Of a stretch of DNA of 64,000 nucleotides, positions 26,087 to 38,000 are shown piece after piece (positions within the stretch are counted from its first letter, which is position 1; each line of letters starts with the position of its first letter). The translations under genes and the position numbers were made by a program. The stretch lies in the NCBI GenBank assembly GCA_964106915.2, contig OZ066924.1; one strand, given 5' to 3'. Under the pieces are notes generated by a model. The model searched no databases and had not been told where the DNA came from. It worked only from the letters and a program-made list of their open reading frames with translations. Source of the stretch: Podarcis gaigeae (taxonomy: Eukaryota).

Positions 26087-29000
26087 TTTATACCCCGCCC
26101 ATCTGGCTGGGTTTCCCCAGCCACTCTGGGTGGCTCCTAACAGAATATTAAAAACACGATAAAACATCAAACATTAAAAACTTCCCTAAGCAGGGCTGCC
26201 TTCAGATGTCTACTAAAAGTCAGATAGTTGTTTATTTCCTTCACATCTGATGGGAGGGCGTTCCACAGGCCAGGTGCCACTACCAAAAAGGCCCTCTGCC
26301 TGGTTCCCTGTAACCTTACTTCTCTCAGGGAGGGAACTGCCAGAAGGCCCTCGGAGCTGGATCTCAGTGTCCGGGCTGAATGATGGGGGTGGAGACGCTC
26401 CTTCAGGTATACTGGGCCGAGGCCATTTAGGGCTTTAAAGGTCAACACCAGCACTTTGAATTGTGCTCGGAAACGTACTGGGAGCCAATGTAGGTCTTTC
26501 AGGACCGGTGCTGTGTGGTCTTGGTGGCCACTCCCAGTCATCAGTCCAGCTGCCACATTCTGGATTAGTTGTAGTTTCCGGGTCACCTTCAAAGGTAGCC
26601 CCACATGTTCCTGCCTATTCTGAGTAGGAGACAAAGACAAACTTGGATGCCGACCTGTTAAAGTTAACTCTGGATAAAGAAAAAGGGAAGGCATATAGAC
26701 AAAACAGCTCAGCCAACACAACAGCCCAGCTGGGAAACCCAGCCAGATGAGCAGGGTATAAATAATAAAATTATTATTATTATTATACTCTGACAGAACA
26801 ATTATAAGCCTCTATGAAGTAAGCAATGTTAACATACATATTTTTTCAATTGTGTATCCAGTAGATCTTCCAGATAGGATGGACTAATCAGAACAAAACC
26901 TATTTAATTTCCCTCCCTCAAATGCTTCCTAGGTATATTTTAAAACAATGAAGGGAATTACAGAACCAAATCGAATTTAAAATAATAATTTGTAAGAAAG
27001 TTATAGAAAGCCATGTATGATCTCTCAATTGAAAGGAGTTGCACACTTATCTGTTTCTTACTTAAACATACTACATTGAAATAATATTAGTATCTTGAAA
27101 TATGTTAGCAGCAGTTGAACCTATATGAATTTAATCATACTTATTCTTCTGTCAGGATAATCAAACAGAATTCAGCTATGACCTCAATGATGGTGGCTCC
27201 TTACTGAGTGAGTATTTCAACAAAACTGTTAAAAATGTAAGATCCAGTTATGACCTGTCCATTCTATTGAAATATGAGGTTGTATCCAACTATGTCCTAC
27301 TTAGAGTAGATCCATTGAAATGAATGAATTTAGTCATACCCGTTAATTTCTATTGGTCTGCTCTGAATAGGAGTAAGATGGAACACAACTCATGGTATTC
27401 GTCTTGAATGACAGTGATATTTAGCATGATCTAGTAGATACAAAGGGACGCAGGTGGCGCTGTGGGTTAAAGCCTCAGCGCCTAGGACTTGCCGATTGAA
27501 AGGTCGGCGGTTCGAATCCCTGCGGCGGGGTGCGCTCCCGCTGCTCGGTCCCAGCGCCCGCCAACCTAGCAGTTCGAAAGCACCTCCGGGTGCAAGTAGA
27601 TAAATAGGGACCGCTTACCAGCGGGAAGGTAAACGGCGTTTCCGTGTGCGGCTCTGGCTCGCCAGATGCAGCTTTGTCACGCTGGCCACGTGACCCAGAA
27701 GTGTCTCCGGACAGCGCTGGCCCCTGGCCTCTTAAGTGAGATGGGCGCACAACCCCAGATCTGTCAAGACTGGCCCGTACGGGCAGGGGTACCTTTACCT
27801 TTACCTAGTAGATACAAAGAACTTTGGAATGAATTGTCAGTCATAACTTTACATGCATTCACTACTTTTGTCGATTCATTTTGAAATAAATCACTATTTC
27901 CTGGTATCAGTTTCCTATCTGTAGAAATGTGATTATATTTATAAGAGCAGGATATAAGAGCAGGATTCACCTAACGCACCTACATATGCAAAAATGTTTC
28001 TCTAATCCTCTCTATTGAATATGAATTATGTTTTCTTCATTTTTAATTGTACAGCTGAGACAATGAAATTAGCAAAAACTATTGAAATAGTTTTCTTCCC
28101 CTACTAATTTTGATGTGGATAGTAATTATGTATTCCTCCCTCTTAGACCCAGAGGCAGTTACTTCTTCAGCAGGACTACATTACTTAGCTTCTGTAAGAA
28201 AAAGAATTGCAGATCTTCAAGATGCCTCTACAAATACAGATCCTGGTAAAATAACCTGCAGGAAATTGTTGTGTTGTTGCTTTTTTAGCATTTGTAGCTA
28301 AATTGCTTTCCTCTAAATTAATTTACATTGGATTATCTCCTAGCAGCACAATCCTATGCATGTCTACTCAGAACTAAGTCACATTGTGTTCAGTGTGACT
28401 TCTGGGTGTGTTCAGGATTACAGCCTAAGAACTGTGGAAGAAATAGCAATCAATAATTTTTGCAGTGTTAAGCATTGTGTATGAAATTTGTCCTCTTCAG
28501 ACCAAGTCCTTCCACCAGAAATAACCCTCCTTCAATAAGTAACAGAATGTTTTGTTTTGCCTTTCTGTTGATTGATCTTGATTTTACTTTTTTTCTTACC
28601 AATCAAGTTAATAAATCACATCAAGATGTACAAACTGTCTCAGATGAAATAGTTTCTGAACCTGATAAAAATCAAACAATCACCGCTGCTTCTGCGTCTG
28701 TAACAGGTGTGCTTCCTTTCAGTCTGTTTGTATGAACTGTTGGGTTTTTTGCTTGCTTGTTTCTTTTTCAAATGTGTTCATTCTGGGTATGTTCCACTTT
28801 TCCTGAAGTCTCCTGGGATGACTAAAAAATTGCTCTGGGTGTTGGAGAATAGTGTGGGACATGCTGCAGGGGACTAACCTTTTTTGAGGATTGGCCACAT
28901 TGAGTGTTTGCTGCCCCTCCAAGGACCATATGTCAGGGCATGCACAAATCTGTGATGCCGTTGTTAGGAGAAGAAACAGGAACTCAGGAATGCAAGACTA

Positions 29001-32000
29001 ACCTGCTGGATCAGACCAGTGGCCCATCTAGTCCAGCATCCTGTTGTCACAGTATCCAAGTTTCTTCCTGTTTTCCAAGAATCTCTGAAACATTCTAATA
29101 AGGGCACCACACCAGAGGGAGAAGGGCCCTTTGGAAAAATAAAATGTGGCGCTATAATGTCCCCTCTTTGCTTATGAGATCTGAGGATGGGGTTTAGCCA
29201 ATTTGGTGTGGTGTTCAACAGTGCCACCTGCTGGTGAAAAATATTTTTGAAAAGTTTCTCAGCATTGCCTTTTAATAAAGTAAATTGAGGAACACCAGAA
29301 ACTGCTTGGGAAGCGAAACATGCCCTACAGGTTAGCCAACCCTGCTGTAGGGTGGAGGAAGAATTGGCAAATGAGTAGGCAGATCTGTTGAACTGACAGT
29401 CCGTGAAAGGACTCCTTTGGATTCAACCAGGTATCTTTAAATTTATCTTTAACTTCTTTTTATCTTAAATTAATCTTCAAGTAATTCACTTGCTCTCCTA
29501 AGGCCAAATTATTCAAAATATCCTCAGAAATACCTGTATTTTAATAAAGAATAGAATGTGCTTTCCTGCTGTTGATTCATCTTGACTTTTCTTTATTTTA
29601 TCAATCAAGTTGTTAAACCTTTTGTGGATATGCAAACCATCTCAGAAGAAGTCGTTTCTGAATCTGGTAAAAATCAACCAATCACTCCTTCTTCTGCGTC
29701 TGTAGCAGGTGTGCCATCAGTCTGTCCATGTTGATTTTTTTATATGTGTACATTGTATCTTCCTTTAGAAAAGAAACTTTATTTTACTGATTTAGAATCC
29801 ATATATATCCATATATGACTATAGTATGAGACTGTTCCCCCCCCCCAAATATGAACATAAAGTTCATGTTGATTTTTATTGGCAAAATAATGTTGTGGAA
29901 CCACGTTTTTCACTTACGCACCCTCTTTTATTGTCATTTGTTTTTCAGAGATAGCTAAGAAGTTAATATTTAGTCTTTGCCTTCTGTGAAAACCTTAGAA
30001 AAAAAACTTTTGAGCAAATTTTGTATTTCTATTTCATGTTATGATTAAGAGCAAATGGACTCCCCATCACACATCACGTGTTTGTGGAGGAGAGGGTTTA
30101 ACTTTCCCATTTAATTTTCTCAGTCTTTGCTCACTTTGAAAGCAGTTACAGTGGTACCTTGGTTTACGAACTTAATCCGTTCCTGAAGTCCCTTCTTAAA
30201 CCGAATCCGTTCTGAAACCGAGGTGCGCTTCCACCGTTTGGATTCCGGTTTTACAGAGTTCGTAAACTGAATAGTTCGTCAACAGGGCTGTTCTTAAACC
30301 GAGGTACCACTGTATTTGCCTTGCTAGGTAAAGGGTTAACCCACTCCCCCAGGGCTGCTGCTCCAAACAGAATCACAGGTCCTCTGTTGTTGCTTTTAAC
30401 CAAAAAAGGCAAGACGTATTGAGTGATCCAATGATGCATTTGCTGCATCTCGTGCAGTTAGGCCCTTGAAAACCTAATTAAAGTTTTTTTCTGATGGAAA
30501 TGAGCACCATCAGTCAAGTAAACTCTGCCGGAATCCCTCTTCTGGGGAAGAAGCATGAGGCTCATTCCCACTTGTAGTACAGGGATGGGGAACCCATCAG
30601 CTGATGGGATTCCCATCAGCCTCAGCCAGCATGCCCAGTGGTACGCGGGAGACAATATTACCATAACTAACCCCCACTGCTCAGCACAGGAGGAAAATAC
30701 CTTACTGTCATAGCATATTCAGGTTTTCAATGTTCTTATCAGTCCTATTGCTACTGTATCCAGATATATTTTCCAGCATTCCTGGATATTTACTGCCCAT
30801 GGTGACTTAACAATTTCTTTTTCTTCACACAGAGCTTTTACCTGCAAGTATTCCCCAGGCATTGCCCCCAGATGTGTACTTGAACATTACTTTCCCTGCT
30901 GAATCAGGAAATGTGTCTTTACAATCCTCATCTGATATTACATCTGATTTGGTAAGTTATGAGAAATATGTGCTGATGATGCAGCAGTACATAGATACAA
31001 CATGTGTATTATATTCATGCATCCACTGAAGGGGGAGTAGTTCACTAATTTCATTTAAAAATTTAATATTGATCTTTTTGATGTGGTTTAGACTGGACGG
31101 AAGTTTATCAATGTGATTGATATAGAAGATGGTGATCTTCTGAAAAACTTGCCAGATATTTCTGAGTCTGTTCCAAAACACATTGCCACTCAGCCTGAAT
31201 TCCCAGCTTCTGCAAAATTGCATCACATGGCAGCATCTGTTACCAATACAATCCCACCTGAAGAATTTGAGACAGAAGGTGAACAATTTTCATTTTATTT
31301 CAAAATAGTCGCTTTTAAAACCGGTTCCTTTTGATATTGTTAATTGAACAATTCATCTGAGAATGTGCACCCCTTCAAAACACACTTTAAGTTCTTCCTG
31401 CAAAGCTGTAGCGTTCATTGTTGTATATTGTGTTTCTAGCAGTTAATGGAAAAGCATTTCCCCCACTTTTTTGATTCAAAGGAGATCTTCTTCAAACTGA
31501 ATCACCACAAGTGCCACCTAAGCCAGTAGAGACAGAGATTCCTGGTGATCGTCTAACACTGAACCTCCTGAACGAGGATTTTAGCACTGCTTCCTCCACA
31601 GAACCATTAGCCAGAAAAATGGGCAGAAAGCACATTACTGCCAAGCTACAGGAAATGGATAGACAGCTACTGGCCCTACAGAACGTGGCAGAAAGAATAG
31701 AAAAAGAATTTAGCAGTACGAAACTGGTAGGTTTATCTTTTATATGCTTCCTTCTGCTCAAAACTTTTTTGTGCCTGTGTTAAAGATTGGAGAGATATTT
31801 ATGTTTAAAGTGTGGCTTTGTGATCTCTCTCCTTTTTTTCAGGTTGTGGACACTGTAGAAGATGTAGGTACGGGAGAGGATGACATCTCATTCTTTGCCC
31901 CAGGTGTTAAAGTAACCAAAGAAGGTGGGTCTTGTTGGTTCTACTGGCCGATCTATGGAAAGTTGAAAATAATTGTCAGCAGCAGGAGTTTAAGGGATGT

Positions 32001-35000
32001 GGGCTCAGGGTGAGAATGGTAGGAATTTGTGAGGGTGAGGTGGATGGGGAGAGGTTTTGCTGGATAAAATATTTTGAAATGAATAAAACAGTGTAGGGAG
32101 CATTGGGAAAGGGTAACATATTCCAAATGTATCGAAATACTGCAAAAATAAGGAGGTGTCTTATGATACCTTCAAGACCTAATAAATGTATTGGTTCATT
32201 TCATGCATCTGAATGAGACTATTGCCAACAAAAGCTTATGCCCATAATGAACTTGGTAGTTGGATAATACCCTAAGACACACAGAGCAGATCTATGTAAG
32301 TTTAATAGACTTAAGTCCATTAAGTTCAATGGGTAAACTCTGAGCATGATGAACACTGGATTTTTGTTTTTCAAAACCCTTGTGTCACAAGACCCTTCCT
32401 GTTTTTGCTACAAGAGATTCACACGGCTGCTCCTCTGAACATATTGTAAAAATGTGTTTTATTGCTTCTAAAAATCAATGTGCACTCATTTGGCTTCAAT
32501 TATCCTTTTGTTGAAACAGAGCGCTATTCAACCCGTGTGATTGTGGAGAATTATACAGAGGAGGAAAGGAGTTTAGGAACGGAATCATTTCAGACTAACT
32601 ACATTGCTTTGCAAACACCCTCTGCTTCTCCTTCAGCATCAGCTTCTAATCTTCCCAGAATCAAAAAGTCATCTTCTGGTACCATTCCCTACTTGTTGAT
32701 TATTCTATAATCATGCTGCTTACTATTTTTAGTTAACATTCTTTGTATAGTAGCCTCATTTCATCATGATACGTGGAATAGTTCCGCTTCCATAACATTT
32801 CTGACTTTGCAGTTTCATTTTGTCATATTTGAGGAAAGTGTCATGGATCTGTGTGAGATAGTAAAGTTGAGCATGGTTGGGAAATTGTTCTTTCCTATGC
32901 TGTTACCTCTGTTCTGCATTCTGCTTTCTGCATTCTGTTCTGCATTCTTTGCATATTAAAAAGAAATGGGCAGAATATTATACTTACTGCTCCATAATCC
33001 CCCATATGAGGTGCCCTGTTTTACCTCTATTCCTTACAGAGCTAGACAAAGGCTTGGCATGAGAGCGTTGCATAAATCATTTTTCTTAATGGCATTGTAC
33101 CACAGATGGATGGTTGAGCCCTTGTAAAACATAATTGTAGGGTCACTAATGTCTGTAGGTTTGTGCTGTTCATCATCTAATGAGAGGCATTTGAAGTGTC
33201 GCTTTTTAAATTATGTGGGCTGGCCCTGCAATGCTTTAATGGTTTATTTTAGAGTAGTGTCCTCACAGTCCTTTTTTAGTGATAGACGTATGCTATGGTT
33301 TTAACACTAAACTTGGTAGTTGTCCTGAATAATGTAATACTGTCTAAGTACAAAGGTATAAACTATTCATGACTACTTAGCAAATCCAAACACTGCAACT
33401 CCCAAGATCCCTGACATTAGGCTGACAGGAGTTACCATCCAACAGCATCTACAGGGTCACACTTTTCCTATTTCTGTCCTAATGTATTTGTACAGTATCC
33501 CATGTTGGTTGTATCTTATGGTGCATTTCTCTTCTACAATCTATGCTGTCAGTAAATTCTGTTTCTTTTTGCAGATATTAATGTTAGATCAGAAGAATTG
33601 GAAGAGAGGTATGTATGAGAAAATATTGAAACAGGAGATTTGTCTGGAGAACTGGACATGGGAAAATAGCCTTTGGAAGGAAGGGTTAAAAAACACCTGC
33701 CCTCCCAAAGTCCTGATCCAAATTGAAAGTCTCCATAGATGCTTTTGTTTGTTTAAGTAAAGGTATGAAATTGCAATTATACATTTAATGTACCATCAAA
33801 TTTGACTCCCTAGTTTTTTTTCTAGAAGTGGTATGTTTTTCCTATTTGCAGTAATGTAATTGCTTTTTTAAAATAGTTTTTCAGAAGATCCTCTGCAGAT
33901 CACTGGCTTGAGTGGTGTTTCTGACATCATTGCTGACCTTCTACTTGAGGGTGGCATTTCTGCTTCAGAGCTGGGTCTCACAGAAACACAAGCAAAAAAA
34001 ATATCCAGGTAATTGCTACATGACCTGTGACATTGTGGTAGAGTGGTTAGAGGTTAGGATACACCTTGGAAAATCAAGGCTCAAATCTCCACTCAGCCAT
34101 AAAGTTCACTGGGTGAATTTGGACCTGTCATTATCTATATCTAACCTACCTTGTAGTGTAGAACCATGTATGCCACATTGAGCTCATTGGAAGGCAGGCA
34201 GTAAGTAAATAATTACAGCTGAACCTTTACTGAGATTTGTGATAGATGTCTGTTTACCTTAACCGGTCAGGTGGCATTGTGGGACAACATCCCCACCCCA
34301 TCCCCACCATTATCCAGCGATGGGTCATGACTTGGGGGGGGCGTGTCCCAGCCAGCGCAACACCAAAAATGGTCTCCATGCCATCCGGGGATGTGGATTT
34401 CAGCCTGCTCCAAATTTGGCCAATCATGGGAAGACTGTATTGCTGTTTCCGTCCTAGAGGCAGATCAGACTGAGCTGGAAGGCTTCACTCCCATCCATCT
34501 CTTGGATATTTATTCCCTCCCCACACAGCTTCATGGAGATTCATGATAAAGTTAATAGTGTTACCTTGAGAGAGGTCCAAATCCAATTTGAGTTGTGGAC
34601 TAACTTTTGTTTTCCATGTACTTGATATTTTTGGTAGTCCTTTGAGATCAAAACAGACATATATATTGCTATGCTACTTTTACATGCTTTTAAATGTTGT
34701 TTCATCTAATTGTTTGAAGTATGTGTTAATTATGAGTTTTGTCCTGTATTCCAGCCTCTCCAGTGTAGTGAGTGGGCATTCACGTAAAACAGAAAAGGAG
34801 AGAAAAGAGTTACACACTTGGATGAAAAGAAAGCGAAAGGAAAGGCTAGCTGAGTATCTGCAAACGCTGGCTGAACAAAGGGCAAAAGAACACAATCCAT
34901 TTCATTTTAGAAGAAAAATGGTAAGACTACTTACATTGTATTGTGATCATGTGGCTGTAACAATTCAATGTAGAAAAGCATTTTTAAAATGTGTTAAGAC

Positions 35001-38000
35001 GTCGTTCTCAAATATGAATGCCCTAATCAGCTTCCGCTGCAAATTCTACATTTTTCTGTACAATCTATTACAGCTTTAAAATTAGCTGGATTCATTTGAG
35101 GCTGGTTCAGATACAGAAATGATCAAAGCTTATTTATTTGTGGGATAAAATATGAGAAGGAGTGGGGGGAGGGGTTGATCACATAGCCTGATCCTTTAAT
35201 CCAAGGGTGGCCTAACATACCAATAGTGGGTAGAGCAAAATGAGTAGAGATACTCTTTTCTCTTTGTCCTTCACACATTCCATTCATTTATTTTCTGGTT
35301 GGAGTGAACAGTGCATTGAGTATGGATTAGCTTCTCCTACAGCCCAAGAAAGACAGGGAACATGCAGCCAAATTTGGGAGGGGGCGTTGTCTATGCAGAG
35401 CTTTAGACTAGATGACCATTGGGGTCTCTTCCAACTCTACAATTCTGTGATTCTGTAAGGGCAGCAGACATCACTCCATCATGCAAAGATGCATTTACCA
35501 GACCTCTGACCCATTCAGTCACCCTCACCCCAGCAGTTGACTGAAAATTCTCATAGGTTGTGTCAGTTGAAAGTATAGTTGTGGACCACGTTTGTTGGCT
35601 TGAAATGTTCGGAGGCAACCAGTTGAATAGTTTTTATTTGTCGAGTGGCCACACCTCACTTTTCCATTTGGGCACAGTTCCAAAATCCTAGCTCTGAAAA
35701 AGCACTTATGATGAATGTGTAACCAATTATGAAGACTGGAAAGAGAAGATAATTTTAGTAACCGTTTGCCTTTCTTGTATAGCCACTTGGAATCACAACA
35801 CAGGATATTAAATTACAGCAGAAAAAGAAATGTGAAAAAAATAAGTAAGTTATCACTCAGTGCCATTCCAGCCTTTCCCTTTATTTTGTTCTGGTGTATG
35901 TGACTGCCAACCCCTTTACCCTGGGCAGGGGATGGAGTTTGGATCCGGCTGAGGTGTCTATGTCAGCCCTGCTGGCCTCTGTAGCTTCCCAGCAGCCACC
36001 AGCTGATGTCACTCTATTGGCATGGAGCTCCCCTTCTGCCCACTCACTAGACGTGTGGATGGGCAGAAATGCCACTGGCTGCTGGATCCTAAGCATTGGG
36101 CTCAACTGTGATGTCGCCCTGTCATTCTGTAAAGCCCTGTTGGTGTGGGAACTTAGGATTTCTCCATATAGACCTTTCAGTCACCTGCCCGGAAATAAGA
36201 TTGAATGAAGCAATTTTACATTTTACAATTGTCTTAGGCCTGGATATGAAGCTCCAGCCCTGATGATCTGCTGAAAAAAAGGCCTTGGGCAGAAAATTCT
36301 GACTCAGAAAAGGGGGAAAGATGTTACATCTAAAAGTTGTATATTGCTGTCTGTCCTGTTTCTCTGGGGAAGTTATACAGCAGGGTTGTACAATTTAAGG
36401 CCCATAGATGAATTTGGATCCCTCTCTGCTTTCCCCCAAAGGTTAGATAGGCTTTGTTTTCTTCTTTAAACTAGACGAAATGTCAGTAAAGAAACAAAAC
36501 TTGTAATAATAGGCTTAAATAATAGGCATCTTGTTTTTACTCCCTTCAGAGCCTTGTTTTCTGAGCATCATAACATTAGAGTCGCTGAAGCCCTCACTCT
36601 GATGCATGAGCTGTTGTCTGACACTGTGCAACTTCCTTCAAGTGACTTTGACTCACTATCTAAAACAAGACCACCTCATGATTTCAAGAGACCACATATT
36701 GCTTCCGCTGGAGGGTAAAGTATACAGGCTCCCCAATGTCTTTAATTTCCCCAGCTCAGAAGTAAGACCGATTGAGGCCAATAGACAAAAATATTAGCTG
36801 CTGCTTCCCCCACCATCTGGGTCAGGACTGCAGCATGGATGGCTAGAGTTAACTGCGCACACACACACACTCAAATATGCATGTTCATATAACATGTAGT
36901 TTGCTTTTCAGCAAATGGAGATTGTTGTGGATATCTGTGCTACTTCCAGTGCTAACAGCCAAAAGGGAACCTAGCTTAGTGGTAGAGGATCTACTTTATA
37001 TGTAAAGATCCCAGGTTCAATCCCTGTCATCTCAAGTTGAATTGGTAAGATGATGGAATCAGTTATTTGCTGTAGATAATACTTGCATAGAAAGCCAAAT
37101 AGTTTGATATGGTTTTCTCAGTAGTTGGGAATCTGCCTTATGCCAACTCCTCATTGCAAAAATGAACCATTTAAACACGGCGGTGGCACATGGTTGTCAT
37201 TACAGACACAATGGTATTGTAATGTTACATGATTCGCCCCAGCATGGACCCTGCTAATGTTATGAGAAGCCATTTTCATGCACTTTTGTATATTATTTCT
37301 GAAACCAGTATTGCTATGATAGAAATGTGGTATATCCCTTGTAGAAGTTGCCACGGTGCAAGGAGGAAGGTTGCTTCCAAAGGTAGTTTGAGTCAGACGA
37401 GATCCTTTTCCAGTCTGTCTTGTGGCATAACTCCAAGGAAAGGTAAGAATGGAAATGAGATGGCCACAATGCCCAGATTGAACTATGGGGGGGGGGGGGT
37501 TATACAGTTGTGCTTTCCAATTCCTGATCCATAAATTGGGTATTTTGTGTCATTTCTGCTCAAGGCCGACTATCCCAAACTCCATACAGAAGAAAGGGAC
37601 CAGAAGCCCATCAAGGGGAGATGTGGTGGAAAAGCAGGAGACAGCCACAACAGTGGTCAAGTCACAGGCTTGACTTGAGAAGTCAAGGTTTGTTATTGAA
37701 CCAGTTCTCACACTGTTCATTGCTGCTCATCTCTGCTTTCCTGCAGTGAACAATGAAACGTCTGGGAGGAAAGTTTTTTGTCTTATTATAAGCTTAAAAA
37801 GTCCAAAATACATAGGTTAGGGGTTTAACTAAGAGCTGGATAATCAAAAGTCTTTACCGATGCTGTTTGCTGGAGTTGGGGACCTTTCCAGAACTTGGTC
37901 TGGGCAGCTTCCCCAAGACTTGGAAATGCGAGTGAGCTTGCCCAACAGTTGAAGGAGTTTTAAAAATGTTTGCTGTATTTGACTAGCTGTGCAAGCCGTA

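Noticed and set aside
26167-26721. 184-aa ORF as a nested gene
   Set aside because: It is the C-terminus of a 5'-truncated L2 ORF2 fused to flank; same for 2358..2702.
27445-27520. tRNA gene or CTCF site at Sauria SINE heads
   Set aside because: The A/B boxes belong to the SINE; the CTCF-like GCAGGTGGCGCTG lacks the 5' CCA.
32150-32280. Possible Penelope-like terminal repeat remnant
   Set aside because: Too degenerate to support without a database search.
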